Below, piece by piece: positions 10,051-18,265 of a stretch of 64,000 bases of DNA. The stretch covers positions 2,410 to 66,409 of the forward strand of contig JBCKPH010000001.1 in NCBI GenBank assembly GCA_038901755.1, in the 5' to 3' direction. Both the position numbers and the translations under genes were made by a program. This DNA comes from Burkholderiaceae bacterium (lineage in GTDB: Bacteria; Pseudomonadota; Gammaproteobacteria; Burkholderiales; Burkholderiaceae_C). Each line of letters begins with the position of its first letter. Position 1 is the first letter of the stretch. The notes below the pieces were generated by a model, which was not told the DNA's origin, searched no databases, and saw nothing but the letters and a program-made list of their open reading frames with translations.

Positions 10051-11095
10051 CCCCCACCTTGCCGCCAGCCTCGACGATGTCGCGCCAGGTCTGCGGGTCG
10101 ATCACTATGCCGCTCTGTGAGCGCTCGGCACGTGCCGAGCGCTCCGGTTCACCGGCCAGGCGCACGCCGTCGCCGTCGGGCGCAGCGGGGCCTTGCTTGA
10201 GCCAGTCGACGAAGGCCAGCGCTTCCTGCTGAAACGCCGCTTGGGTGCCGAGCCGGGCCGGATCAATGACCACGGTCAACATACCGTTCAGCACGGCCGA
10301 ACCAGGCTGCGCGGGCCGATGCCAGGTGCCGCTGCCGGTCAGCGCGCCGCCCAGCAGCTCGCAGGCGACCGCCAGGCCATAGCCTTTGTGTTCGCCGAAT
10401 GCGCGCAGCGCACCGAGCAGTCCGTTGGATTGCGGCACCACCACGACACCAGGGTCGGTCGTGGGCAGGCCGTTTTCATCGATCAGCAGGCCGGGCTCGA
10501 CCTGCTCGCCGCGGTTGTGCGCGACCCGCATCTTGCCCTGGGCCACGCGGCTGGTCGCGAAGTCAAGAACAAAGGGCTCGCGCCCCTTGAGCGGAATGCC
10601 GATGCAGCAGGGGTTGGTGCCGAAGCGGCCGTCGGCGCCGCCCCAGGGTGCCACGATGGGGCGCGACAGGACGTTGACGAAATGCAAGGACACCATACCC
10701 TCGGCCACCGCCATTTCGGCGAAATGGCCGATGCGGCCCAGGTGATGCGCCTGGGCCAGCGTCATGATGCAACTGCCATGCTCACGGGCGCGCGTCAGCG
10801 CCATACGCATGGCCTGTTCGCCAACCACCTGTCCATAACCACGCTGGCCGTCCAGCACCAGCAGCGAGCCACTGTCGAGCCGGATCTGCAACTGGGCGTT
10901 GGGCAGAAGTCCGCCTTCCTGCACCGCGGCGACGTAGCGCGGCAACATGCCCACGCCGTGCGAATCGTGGCCGCTCAAGTTGGCCAGCACCAGGTTGCCC
11001 GCCACGATGCGGGCCTCGTCGCTGTGGCTGCCGGCCGCGCGCAGCACCTGCGCGACGGCATCTTCCAGCTTGGCTGCGGTTAGGGTCTTGTCCAC
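10031..11095 (-). CDS. Ldh2-family (malate/L-lactate/ureidoglycolate-type) NAD(P)H-dependent dehydrogenase
   Basis: Ldh_2 family pattern ...LSGHDSHGVGMLPRYV...GYGQVVG...HLGRIGHFAE. Confidence 0.8.
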   Translation of the reverse strand: MDKTLTAAKLEDAVAQVLRAAGSHSDEARIVAGNLVLANLSGHDSHGVGMLPRYVAAVQEGGLLPNAQLQIRLDSGSLLVLDGQRGYGQVVGEQAMRMALTRAREHGSCIMTLAQAHHLGRIGHFAEMAVAEGMVSLHFVNVLSRPIVAPWGGADGRFGTNPCCIGIPLKGREPFVLDFATSRVAQGKMRVAHNRGEQVEPGLLIDENGLPTTDPGVVVVPQSNGLLGALRAFGEHKGYGLAVACELLGGALTGSGTWHRPAQPGSAVLNGMLTVVIDPARLGTQAAFQQEALAFVDWLKQGPAAPDGDGVRLAGEPERSARAERSQSGIVIDPQTWRDIVEAGGKVGVSLEGV

Positions 11096-11107
11096 GGTCC
11101 CTTGCAG

Positions 11108-12634
11108 CTACATCACCGCGCCGAGCTGCCAGGGAACAAACTCGTTCTGCCCGTAGCCATGCTGCTCGCTCTTGCTCGCCTGGCCCGAGGCGGTGGCAAG
11201 CACCATCTCGAAAATGCGCTGTCCCATGTCCTGCACCGAGCAATTGCCGTCGATGATCTCGCCGCAGTTGATGTCCATGTCGTCCTGCTGCCGCTGCCAC
11301 AGCGCGCTGTTGGTGGCAAGCTTCAGTGACGGCGATGGGGCGCAGCCGTAGGCCGAGCCGCGTCCCGTGGTGAAGCAGATCAGATTCGCGCCGCCCGCCA
11401 CCTGGCCGGTCGCGCTGACCGGGTCGTAGCCCGGCGTGTCCATGTAGACGAAGCCGTTCGCCGTAACCGGCTCGGCGTACTCGTAGACCGCCTGCAGATT
11501 CGAGGTGCCGCCCTTGGCGACCGCGCCCAGCGATTTTTCGAGAATGGTGGTGAGCCCGCCGGCCTTGTTGCCGGGCGTGGGGTTGTTGTTCATCTCGCCG
11601 CCGTTGATGCGGGTGTAATGCTCCCACCATTTCAGCCGCGCAAGCAGTTTTTCGCCGACTTCCCGCGACACGGCGCGCCGCGTCAGCAGGTGCTCGGCGC
11701 CGTAGATCTCGGGCGTTTCGCTCAGGATCGCGGTGCCGCCATGGGCCACCAGCAGGTCCACCGCCGCGCCCAGCGCCGGGTTCGCGCTGATGCCGCTGTA
11801 GCCGTCGGAGCCGCCGCATTGCAGGCCGATCATGATGTGCGCGGCGCTGCACGGTTCGCGCCTGGAGCGGTTCGCGCCAGGCAGCATCTGGCGGACCAGG
11901 GCGATGCCGCGCTCGATCGTCTTGCGCGTGCCGCCGCTGTCCTGGATGTTGAACACCTGCAGCGTTTCGCCTTCGCGCAGGCTGCTGTGCGCCAGCCAGG
12001 CGTTGATTTGATTCGACTCGCAGCCGAGCCCGACCACCAGCACGGCGGCAAAGTTGGCGTGCGTCGCGTAGCCGGCCAGGGTGCGCTGCAGCACCTGCAT
12101 GCCCAGGCCTTCGGTGTCCATGCCGCAACCGGTGCCGTGCGTCAGTGCCACCACGCCGTCGACATGGGGGAAGTCGGCCAACGCCTGCGGATTGATATGG
12201 CGTGAAAAATGGTCGGCAATGGCCCTGGCCACGGTCGCCGAGCAGTTGACGCTGGACAGGATGCCGATGTAGTTGCGGGTGGCGACGCGCCCGTCGTCTC
12301 GCTTGATGCCCATGAAGTTCGCCAGCCGCGGCTCTGTCACCGGTTTGACGTCGGCACCGAAGGCGTAGTCGCGCTCGAAATTGCCCTGGTCCGGGCCCAT
12401 GTCCAGGTTGTGGCTGTGCACATGCTCGCCTGCGGCAATCGGCTTGCTGGCAAATCCGACGATCTGGTTGTAGCGCCGCACCGGCGCGCCGGCCTCGATC
12501 GCGCGCAGCGCGAGCTTGTGGCCAGCCGGGATCAGGCCGCGCACCGTGACGCCTTCGGCCAGGGTGCCGCCCACCAGTTGCCGGCGCGCAATCAGCACGT
12601 CGTCATTGGGGTGCAGCTTGATGAAAGGCGCCAT
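11108..12634 (-). CDS. UxaA-family sugar-acid dehydratase (altronate/galactarate dehydratase type)
   Basis: N-terminal SAF domain (IKLHPNDDVLIARRQL...AGHKLALRAIEAGAPVRRYNQIVG) plus a large GD_AH_C-type domain. 508 aa. Confidence 0.85.
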   Translation of the reverse strand: MAPFIKLHPNDDVLIARRQLVGGTLAEGVTVRGLIPAGHKLALRAIEAGAPVRRYNQIVGFASKPIAAGEHVHSHNLDMGPDQGNFERDYAFGADVKPVTEPRLANFMGIKRDDGRVATRNYIGILSSVNCSATVARAIADHFSRHINPQALADFPHVDGVVALTHGTGCGMDTEGLGMQVLQRTLAGYATHANFAAVLVVGLGCESNQINAWLAHSSLREGETLQVFNIQDSGGTRKTIERGIALVRQMLPGANRSRREPCSAAHIMIGLQCGGSDGYSGISANPALGAAVDLLVAHGGTAILSETPEIYGAEHLLTRRAVSREVGEKLLARLKWWEHYTRINGGEMNNNPTPGNKAGGLTTILEKSLGAVAKGGTSNLQAVYEYAEPVTANGFVYMDTPGYDPVSATGQVAGGANLICFTTGRGSAYGCAPSPSLKLATNSALWQRQQDDMDINCGEIIDGNCSVQDMGQRIFEMVLATASGQASKSEQHGYGQNEFVPWQLGAVM

Positions 12635-12742
12635 GAGCCGATGGTATCAAGTGCGGGTCATCGTGGCCGGGCAGGGACGGTGAAGGACACATAATGTGCG
12701 TTGCCGCGCCAGCGCGGAAATGGCATCGATCAAAGGGACCCC

Positions 12743-13477
12743 ATGAGATTGCAAGGAAAAACCGCCCTGGTGACGGCCGCCGGGCAGGGCATCGGGCGCG
12801 CCACGGCGCTGGCCATGGCCGCCGAAGGCGCCAGCGTCTGGGCCACCGACGTCAAGCCCGAGCTGCTGGCAAGTTACCAGGGCGTGGCCAACGTGCAGAC
12901 GGCGCTGCTTGACGTCCTGGACAAGGCGGCGATTCATGCGCTGGTGGCGCGCCTGCCGGCGCTTGACATTCTGTTCAACTGCGCCGGATTTGTTCACAAC
13001 GGCAACATCCTGCAGGCAACCGACGCGGAATGGGACTTTGCCTTCAATCTCAACGTGCGTTCGCAGTTTTGGGCGATTCAGGCCGTCCTGCCGGGGATGC
13101 TGGCCAAAGGGGGCGGAAGCATCATCAACATGGCCAGCGTCGCCAGCAGTGTGCGCGGCCTGCCGAACCGCTTTGTTTATGGCGCCAGCAAGGCGGCGGT
13201 GATAGGGTTGACGAAAGCCGTCGCGGCCGATTTTGTGACGCAGGGCATACGCTGCAACGCCATCTGCCCCGGCACGGTGGATACACCTTCGCTGCAGGAC
13301 CGCATCAACGCCTACGACGATCCGGAGCAGGCGCGCAAGAACTTCATCGCACGCCAGCCGATGGGGCGCCTCGCGCAGGCGCACGAGATTGCGCCGCTGG
13401 TGGTGTTTCTGGCCAGCGATGAAGCCGCCTTTGCCACCGGCAACGCCTACGCGATTGACGGTGGCATGACGATATGA
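12743..13477 (+). CDS. SDR-family oxidoreductase
   Basis: MRLQGKTALVTAAGQGIGRA, catalytic YGASKAA. Start trimmed to the ATG at 12743. Confidence 0.85.
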   Translation: MRLQGKTALVTAAGQGIGRATALAMAAEGASVWATDVKPELLASYQGVANVQTALLDVLDKAAIHALVARLPALDILFNCAGFVHNGNILQATDAEWDFAFNLNVRSQFWAIQAVLPGMLAKGGGSIINMASVASSVRGLPNRFVYGASKAAVIGLTKAVAADFVTQGIRCNAICPGTVDTPSLQDRINAYDDPEQARKNFIARQPMGRLAQAHEIAPLVVFLASDEAAFATGNAYAIDGGMTI

Positions 13478-14220
13478 ACCAGCTCGATCTGCAGGGGCGC
13501 CACGCCGTCATCACGGGGGGCGCCACCGGGCTCGGGTTTGCCATTGCCAGGCGCATGCTCGACAGCGGCGCCCGCGTCACGCTGTGGGACCGCGACGCGG
13601 CCGGGCTGGATCGGGCCAGCGCTGAACTTGGCGGCGCGGTCGCTGCGGTGCGGGTCGATGTCAGCCAGCATGGTCAGGTCGTCGCGGCAGTGCAGAAGAC
13701 GCGCGAGCTTCATGCCGTGGTTGACCTGCTGGTCAACAGCGCCGGCATCACCGGCCCCAACACCAAACTTTGGGACTATCCGGTGGCCGATTGGCAAGCC
13801 GTGATGCAGGTCAACTTGAACGGCCTGTTCTTCTGCTGCCGCGAACTGGTGCCGCTGATGCGCGAAGCCGGCTACGGCCGCATCGTCAACATCGCGTCGG
13901 TCGCCGGCAAGGAAGGCAACCCGAACGCCAGCGCCTACAGCGCCAGCAAGGCGGCGGTGATTGCCCTGACCAAGTCGCTGGGCAAGGAACTCGCTGACAC
14001 CGGAATCCGTGTCAACTGCGTGACGCCGGCGGCGGTGCGGACGGCGATTTTCGATCAGATGACGCCCGAGCACATCGCCTTCATGCTGTCCAAGATTCCG
14101 ATGGGGCGCTTTGGCACGCCCGACGAAGTGGCCGCCCTGGTGTGCTGGCTTTGCACCGAGGAATGCTCGTTTGCAACCGGGGCTGTGTTCGACCTGTCGG
14201 GCGGGCGCTCGACCTACTGA
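13474..14220 (+). CDS. SDR-family oxidoreductase
   Basis: ITGGATGLGFA, YSASKAA. ATGA overlap with the upstream SDR. Confidence 0.85.
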   Translation: MNQLDLQGRHAVITGGATGLGFAIARRMLDSGARVTLWDRDAAGLDRASAELGGAVAAVRVDVSQHGQVVAAVQKTRELHAVVDLLVNSAGITGPNTKLWDYPVADWQAVMQVNLNGLFFCCRELVPLMREAGYGRIVNIASVAGKEGNPNASAYSASKAAVIALTKSLGKELADTGIRVNCVTPAAVRTAIFDQMTPEHIAFMLSKIPMGRFGTPDEVAALVCWLCTEECSFATGAVFDLSGGRSTY

Positions 14221-14253
14221 TCACCCACGCATAAAACTGGAAAGGCAAGAAAC

Positions 14254-15102
14254 ATGAAACTCGTTCGCTTCGGCAACTCCGGCAGGGAAAAGCCGGGTTT
14301 GATCGATGCCGAGGGCAAGCTGCGCGACTTGAGCGCCGTGGTCCAGGACATCGACCCGGATCAGCTCTCGGATGCGGCGCTGGCCAGGCTGCGCAAGCTC
14401 AAAACCGACAAGCTGCCGCTGGTCAGGGGTTCGCCACGCCTAGGCTGCCCGGTGGCTGCGGTCAGCAAGTTCATCGCCATCGGCTTGAACTACTCAGACC
14501 ATGCCGCTGAAACCGGCGCCGCCATCCCGAAGGAGCCGATCGTCTTCATGAAGGCCACCACCTGCATCCAGGGCGCGAACGACCCGGTGATGTTGCCAAG
14601 GGGCTCGGTCAAAACCGACTGGGAGGTCGAGCTTGGCGTGGTGATTGGCAAGCGCGCCCGCTATGTATCGCAAAGAGCGGCGCTCGACCATGTGGCGGGC
14701 TACTGCACCATCAACGATGTGAGCGAGCGCGAGTTCCAGATGGAGCGCGGCCCGCAATGGGACAAGGGCAAGGGTTGCGATACCTTCGGCCCGATCGGCC
14801 CCTGGCTGGTGACGCGCGACGAGATCACCAGCGTGCAAAGACTTTCGATGTGGCTGGACCTGAACGGCAAGCGCATGCAGACCGGCAGCACCCGAACCAT
14901 GATCTTCGGCGTGGCTAAACTGGTCAGCTACGTCAGCGAGTTCATGACGCTGATGCCCGGCGACATCATCACCACCGGCACGCCGCCCGGCGTGGGTCTG
15001 GGCATGAAGCCGCCGCTGTACCTGAAAAAGGGCGACGTCATGACGCTCGGCATCGAAGGGCTGGGCCAGCAGCGCCAGCTCGTGGTGCCGTTCAAGCGTT
15101 GA
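14254..15102 (+). CDS. Fumarylacetoacetate hydrolase (FAH)-family hydrolase
   Basis: MKLVRFGNSGREKPGLIDAEG...WEVELGVVIGK...GTPPGVG, typical of 2,4-diketo-3-deoxy-sugar-acid hydrolases and 2-keto-4-pentenoate hydratase relatives. Confidence 0.85.
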   Translation: MKLVRFGNSGREKPGLIDAEGKLRDLSAVVQDIDPDQLSDAALARLRKLKTDKLPLVRGSPRLGCPVAAVSKFIAIGLNYSDHAAETGAAIPKEPIVFMKATTCIQGANDPVMLPRGSVKTDWEVELGVVIGKRARYVSQRAALDHVAGYCTINDVSEREFQMERGPQWDKGKGCDTFGPIGPWLVTRDEITSVQRLSMWLDLNGKRMQTGSTRTMIFGVAKLVSYVSEFMTLMPGDIITTGTPPGVGLGMKPPLYLKKGDVMTLGIEGLGQQRQLVVPFKR

Positions 15103-15123
15103 CGGTTAGCCCGTTTGGGCTGA

Positions 15124-15198
15124 GCCTGTCTCAAGTTCGTAGGAACGCACGCAGAATACGATGCGATTGACGCAGCCACCGTGGAGAGTCAGCCATGA
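15124..15198 (+). pseudogene. higB: higB toxin remnant (C-terminal 24 codons only)
   Basis: Frame ending in an ATGA overlap with higA reads ACLKFVGTHAEYDAIDAATVESQP*. FVGTHAEYD.ID is the conserved C-terminus of HigB_toxin-family proteins. An in-frame stop at 15121 and the FAH gene end at 15102 leave no room for the rest. Confidence 0.6.
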
Positions 15199-15575
15199 AG
15201 AAAAACGTTTACGCTATTCATCCGATTCGCACTCAAGCCGATTACCAGGCCGCGCTGCGCTTGGTAGCGCCTTACTTTGATAGCGAACCCGAGCTGGACA
15301 GCAGCGCCGGCGCCCACTTCGAGGCCATGGTCACGCCGATCGAGGCTTACGAGGCAAAGCACTACCCCATCGCCGCCCCCGATCCGGTGGAAGCCATCAA
15401 GTTCCGCATGGAGCAGCAAGGGCTCAAGCCCAAAGACCTGGAGCCAATGATCGGGCAGCGCAACCGGGTCTATGAAGTGCTCAATGGCAAGAGGAAACTC
15501 ACCATGGCCATGGTCTGGAAGCTGCACACCGGGCTCGGCATACCTGCGGAGAGCCTGATCCGGCCTTCGGCCTGA
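15195..15575 (+). CDS. higA: HigA-family antitoxin (XRE helix-turn-helix)
   Basis: 126 aa. C-terminal HTH LKPKDLEPMIGQRNRVYEVLNGKRKLTMAMVWKLHTGLGIPAESLI. Confidence 0.75.
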   Translation: MKKNVYAIHPIRTQADYQAALRLVAPYFDSEPELDSSAGAHFEAMVTPIEAYEAKHYPIAAPDPVEAIKFRMEQQGLKPKDLEPMIGQRNRVYEVLNGKRKLTMAMVWKLHTGLGIPAESLIRPSA

Positions 15576-15644
15576 ATGCCTGCTGGTGTGCGTTGCAAAG
15601 CCTCGACCGCGTTTGCATGAATCTTTATTCGTTCCTCATCACCC

Positions 15645-15959
15645 ATGCCCGTCGTTGACATCGCCGCCCATCAGGCGCGGGCCAACCGTAGCCTGCACAA
15701 GGGCCGACAGACCAAGGCTGCCATCGTTGATGCGGCGCTGGGACTGGCGACGCAGATCGGTTTGGAGGGCTTGAGCATCGGCGCCTTGGCCGAGGTGACG
15801 AAGATGAGCAAGTCCGGCGTTTTTGCCCACTTCGGCTCGCGCGAGGAGCTGCAGATCTCCGTCATTCGCCAGTACTTTCACCGTTTTGAGGCCGAGGTCT
15901 CGTGTTTCGCGCGCCAAAGCCGAACAACTGTCTTGATGTTCCACCCGTTCCAGGAGTAA
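15645..15959 (+). CDS. TetR/AcrR-family regulator, apparently truncated to the HTH domain (104 aa)
   Basis: KGRQTKAAIVDAALGLATQIGLEGLSIGALAEVTKMSKSGVFAHFGSREELQ is the TetR DNA-binding domain. The ORF stops 5 bp before the next gene, and no ligand-binding domain is present in any frame. Confidence 0.65.
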   Translation: MPVVDIAAHQARANRSLHKGRQTKAAIVDAALGLATQIGLEGLSIGALAEVTKMSKSGVFAHFGSREELQISVIRQYFHRFEAEVSCFARQSRTTVLMFHPFQE

Positions 15960-15964
15960 ACGCC

Positions 15965-17761
15965 ATGCCCAGCTACACGCCGCCGCTTCGCGACATGCAA
16001 TTCGTCATGCATGAGGTGTTCAAGGTCTGCGATGACTTCAAGGACATGCCGCGGCACGCCGATGTCGACGCAGCCACCATCAACGCCGTGCTCGAAGAGG
16101 CTGGCAAGTTCGCCTCCGAGGTAACGCTGCCGCTGAACATCAGCGGCGACACCGAGGGTTGCAAGATTGATCACGCGACGCATGAAGTCACGGTGCCCAA
16201 GGGCTTCAAGGAGGCCTACGCAAAATTTGTCGAGGGCGGCTGGGCCGGGCTGAGCTGCGACCCCGATTTCGGCGGCCAGGGCCTGCCCCTGGTCGTGAAT
16301 CAGTGTTTCCACGAGATGCTGAACGCGGTGAACCAGGCCTGGACCATGTACCCCGGACTGACCCACGGCGCCTACGCCGCTGTGCACGCCCACGGTACGG
16401 CCGAGCAGAAGCAGACCTACCTGCACAAGATGACCAGCGGCGAGTGGACCGGCACCATGTGCCTGACCGAACCCCATTGCGGCACCGACCTGGGCCTGAT
16501 GCGGACCCGGGCCGAGGCGCAGGCCGATGGCAGCTTTCGGCTCACTGGCAACAAGATCTTCATCAGCGCCGGTGAACATGACATGGCGAGCAACATCGTG
16601 CATCTGGTGCTGGCGCGCCTCACCGACGCGCCACCCGGAATCAAGGGCGTCAGCCTGTTCCTGGTGCCGAAATTCAACGCCAACGCCGACGGCAGCCTCG
16701 GCTCACGCAATGGCATTTACTGCGGCGGCCTGGAACACAAGATGGGCATCCATGGCAACGCGACCTGCCAGATCGTGCTCGATGGCGCTGTCGGCACCAT
16801 GGTCGGGCAACCCAACAAGGGCATGAACGCGATGTTCGTGATGATGAACGCGGCTCGCCTGGGTGTCGGCAACCAGTCGCTGGGCCTGACCGAAATGGCC
16901 TACCAGAACGCCCTGGCCTACGCCAAGGAACGGCTGCAAATGCGTTCCCTGTCCGGGCCGAAGGCGAAGGACAAGCCGGCTGACCCGATCATCGTGCACC
17001 CCGACGTGCGCAAGATGCTGTTGACGGCGCGGGCCTATGCCGAGGGCGGTCGCGCCCTGGCTATCTACTGCTCGGTGCTGCTGGAGAAGGAGCACTTTCA
17101 CCCGGATGAGCGGGTGCGCAAGGACAGCGGCGAGATGTTGTCCCTGCTGACCCCGATCGTCAAGGCCTTCCTGACCGACAACGGCTGGATCGCAACCTCG
17201 GCCTGCCAGCAGGTGTTTGGCGGCCACGGCTACATCAAGGAATGGGGCATGGAGCAGTATGTGCGCGATGCCCGCATCAACATGATTTACGAAGGCACCA
17301 ACACGATCCAGAGCCTGGACCTGCTGGGGCGCAAGGTCCTGGGCAACAACGGGGCCACGCTGAAGAAGTTCGGCCGGCTCATCGCGGCCTTGGTCGAGCA
17401 GGAGGGCGTGAACGAAAAGATGGCCGAGTTCATCAACCCCATCGCCTACCTGGGTGACCAGATGACGAAACTGACGACCGAGCTTGGTTTCAAGGGTTTC
17501 CAGAATGCCGACGAGGTTGGCGCGGCGGCAGTGGACTACCTGCGCGTGGCGGGCCATCTGGTGTTCGGCTATTTCTGGGCCCGGATGGCACAGGTCGCGC
17601 TGCGCGAAATCGCGGCCGGAAGCACGGATCCGTTTTACCAGGCCAAGTTGCAGACGGCGCGCTTCTATTTTGCGAAACTGTTCCCCGAGACGGCCTCCCT
17701 GATGCTGTCGGCCCGTGCTGGCGCCAAGGTGTTGATGGACACCGAAGCCGTGTTTGCCTAG
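15965..17761 (+). CDS. Long (about 600 aa) acyl-CoA dehydrogenase
   Basis: MPSYTPPLRDMQFVMHEVF..., ACAD N/M/C domains plus a C-terminal extension. AGGAG ribosome-binding site upstream. Start trimmed from 15902. Confidence 0.9.
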   Translation: MPSYTPPLRDMQFVMHEVFKVCDDFKDMPRHADVDAATINAVLEEAGKFASEVTLPLNISGDTEGCKIDHATHEVTVPKGFKEAYAKFVEGGWAGLSCDPDFGGQGLPLVVNQCFHEMLNAVNQAWTMYPGLTHGAYAAVHAHGTAEQKQTYLHKMTSGEWTGTMCLTEPHCGTDLGLMRTRAEAQADGSFRLTGNKIFISAGEHDMASNIVHLVLARLTDAPPGIKGVSLFLVPKFNANADGSLGSRNGIYCGGLEHKMGIHGNATCQIVLDGAVGTMVGQPNKGMNAMFVMMNAARLGVGNQSLGLTEMAYQNALAYAKERLQMRSLSGPKAKDKPADPIIVHPDVRKMLLTARAYAEGGRALAIYCSVLLEKEHFHPDERVRKDSGEMLSLLTPIVKAFLTDNGWIATSACQQVFGGHGYIKEWGMEQYVRDARINMIYEGTNTIQSLDLLGRKVLGNNGATLKKFGRLIAALVEQEGVNEKMAEFINPIAYLGDQMTKLTTELGFKGFQNADEVGAAAVDYLRVAGHLVFGYFWARMAQVALREIAAGSTDPFYQAKLQTARFYFAKLFPETASLMLSARAGAKVLMDTEAVFA

Positions 17762-17827
17762 CATCGTTGCTCCGTTTTGCTTTTCCGCTTTTCCCACCCC
17801 CCAACTCAATTTTTTCAGGAGATCTCA

Positions 17828-18265
17828 ATGATCAAGCATCTGTTCACGGGCACGGCCCTCATGTTTTCCATGAGCGCGGCGTTCGCGCAAATGTCGCCGG
17901 TGGGCAATTGGCACAGCATCGACGACAAGACCAATGAGATCAAGTCCGAGATTGTGGTGAGCGAGACGGCCGGCGTGATCAGCGGCAAGATCACCAAGCT
18001 GCTGCGCAAGGAAGCCAAGCAGGATGCGGTCTGCGACGAATGCAGCGATGACCGCAAGGGCAAGCCCATGATCGGGCTGGAGATTATCCGTGGCGCGAAG
18101 AAGACCGAAGGCAAGGAGGTTTGGGAAGAGGGCAAGATCCTGGACCCGGAGAACGGCAAGACCTATACCCTGAGGCTCACGCCGATCGAAGGCGGCAAGA
18201 AACTTGAAGTGCGCGGCTCGGTCTTTGGCATCGGCCGCACCCAAACCTGGGTTCGCGTGCAGTGA
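17828..18265 (+). CDS. DUF2147-domain periplasmic protein
   Basis: Signal peptide MIKHLFTGTALMFSMSAAFA, then GNWHSIDDKTNEIKSEI...ILDPENGKTYTLRL...LEVRGSVFGIGRTQTW. Confidence 0.7.
   Translation: MIKHLFTGTALMFSMSAAFAQMSPVGNWHSIDDKTNEIKSEIVVSETAGVISGKITKLLRKEAKQDAVCDECSDDRKGKPMIGLEIIRGAKKTEGKEVWEEGKILDPENGKTYTLRLTPIEGGKKLEVRGSVFGIGRTQTWVRVQ

Noticed and set aside
10782-12128. Long ORFs overlapping annotated genes: 10782..12128(-), 19606..21258(-), 24573..26300(-), 28795..30423(+), 35415..36851(+), 45258..46541(-), 48713..49954(-), 51774..53285(-)
   Set aside because: These are shadow ORFs typical of high-GC DNA. Their products are Arg/Ala/Gly/Pro-rich without family motifs, and each overlaps a gene with clear family signatures in another frame or strand.
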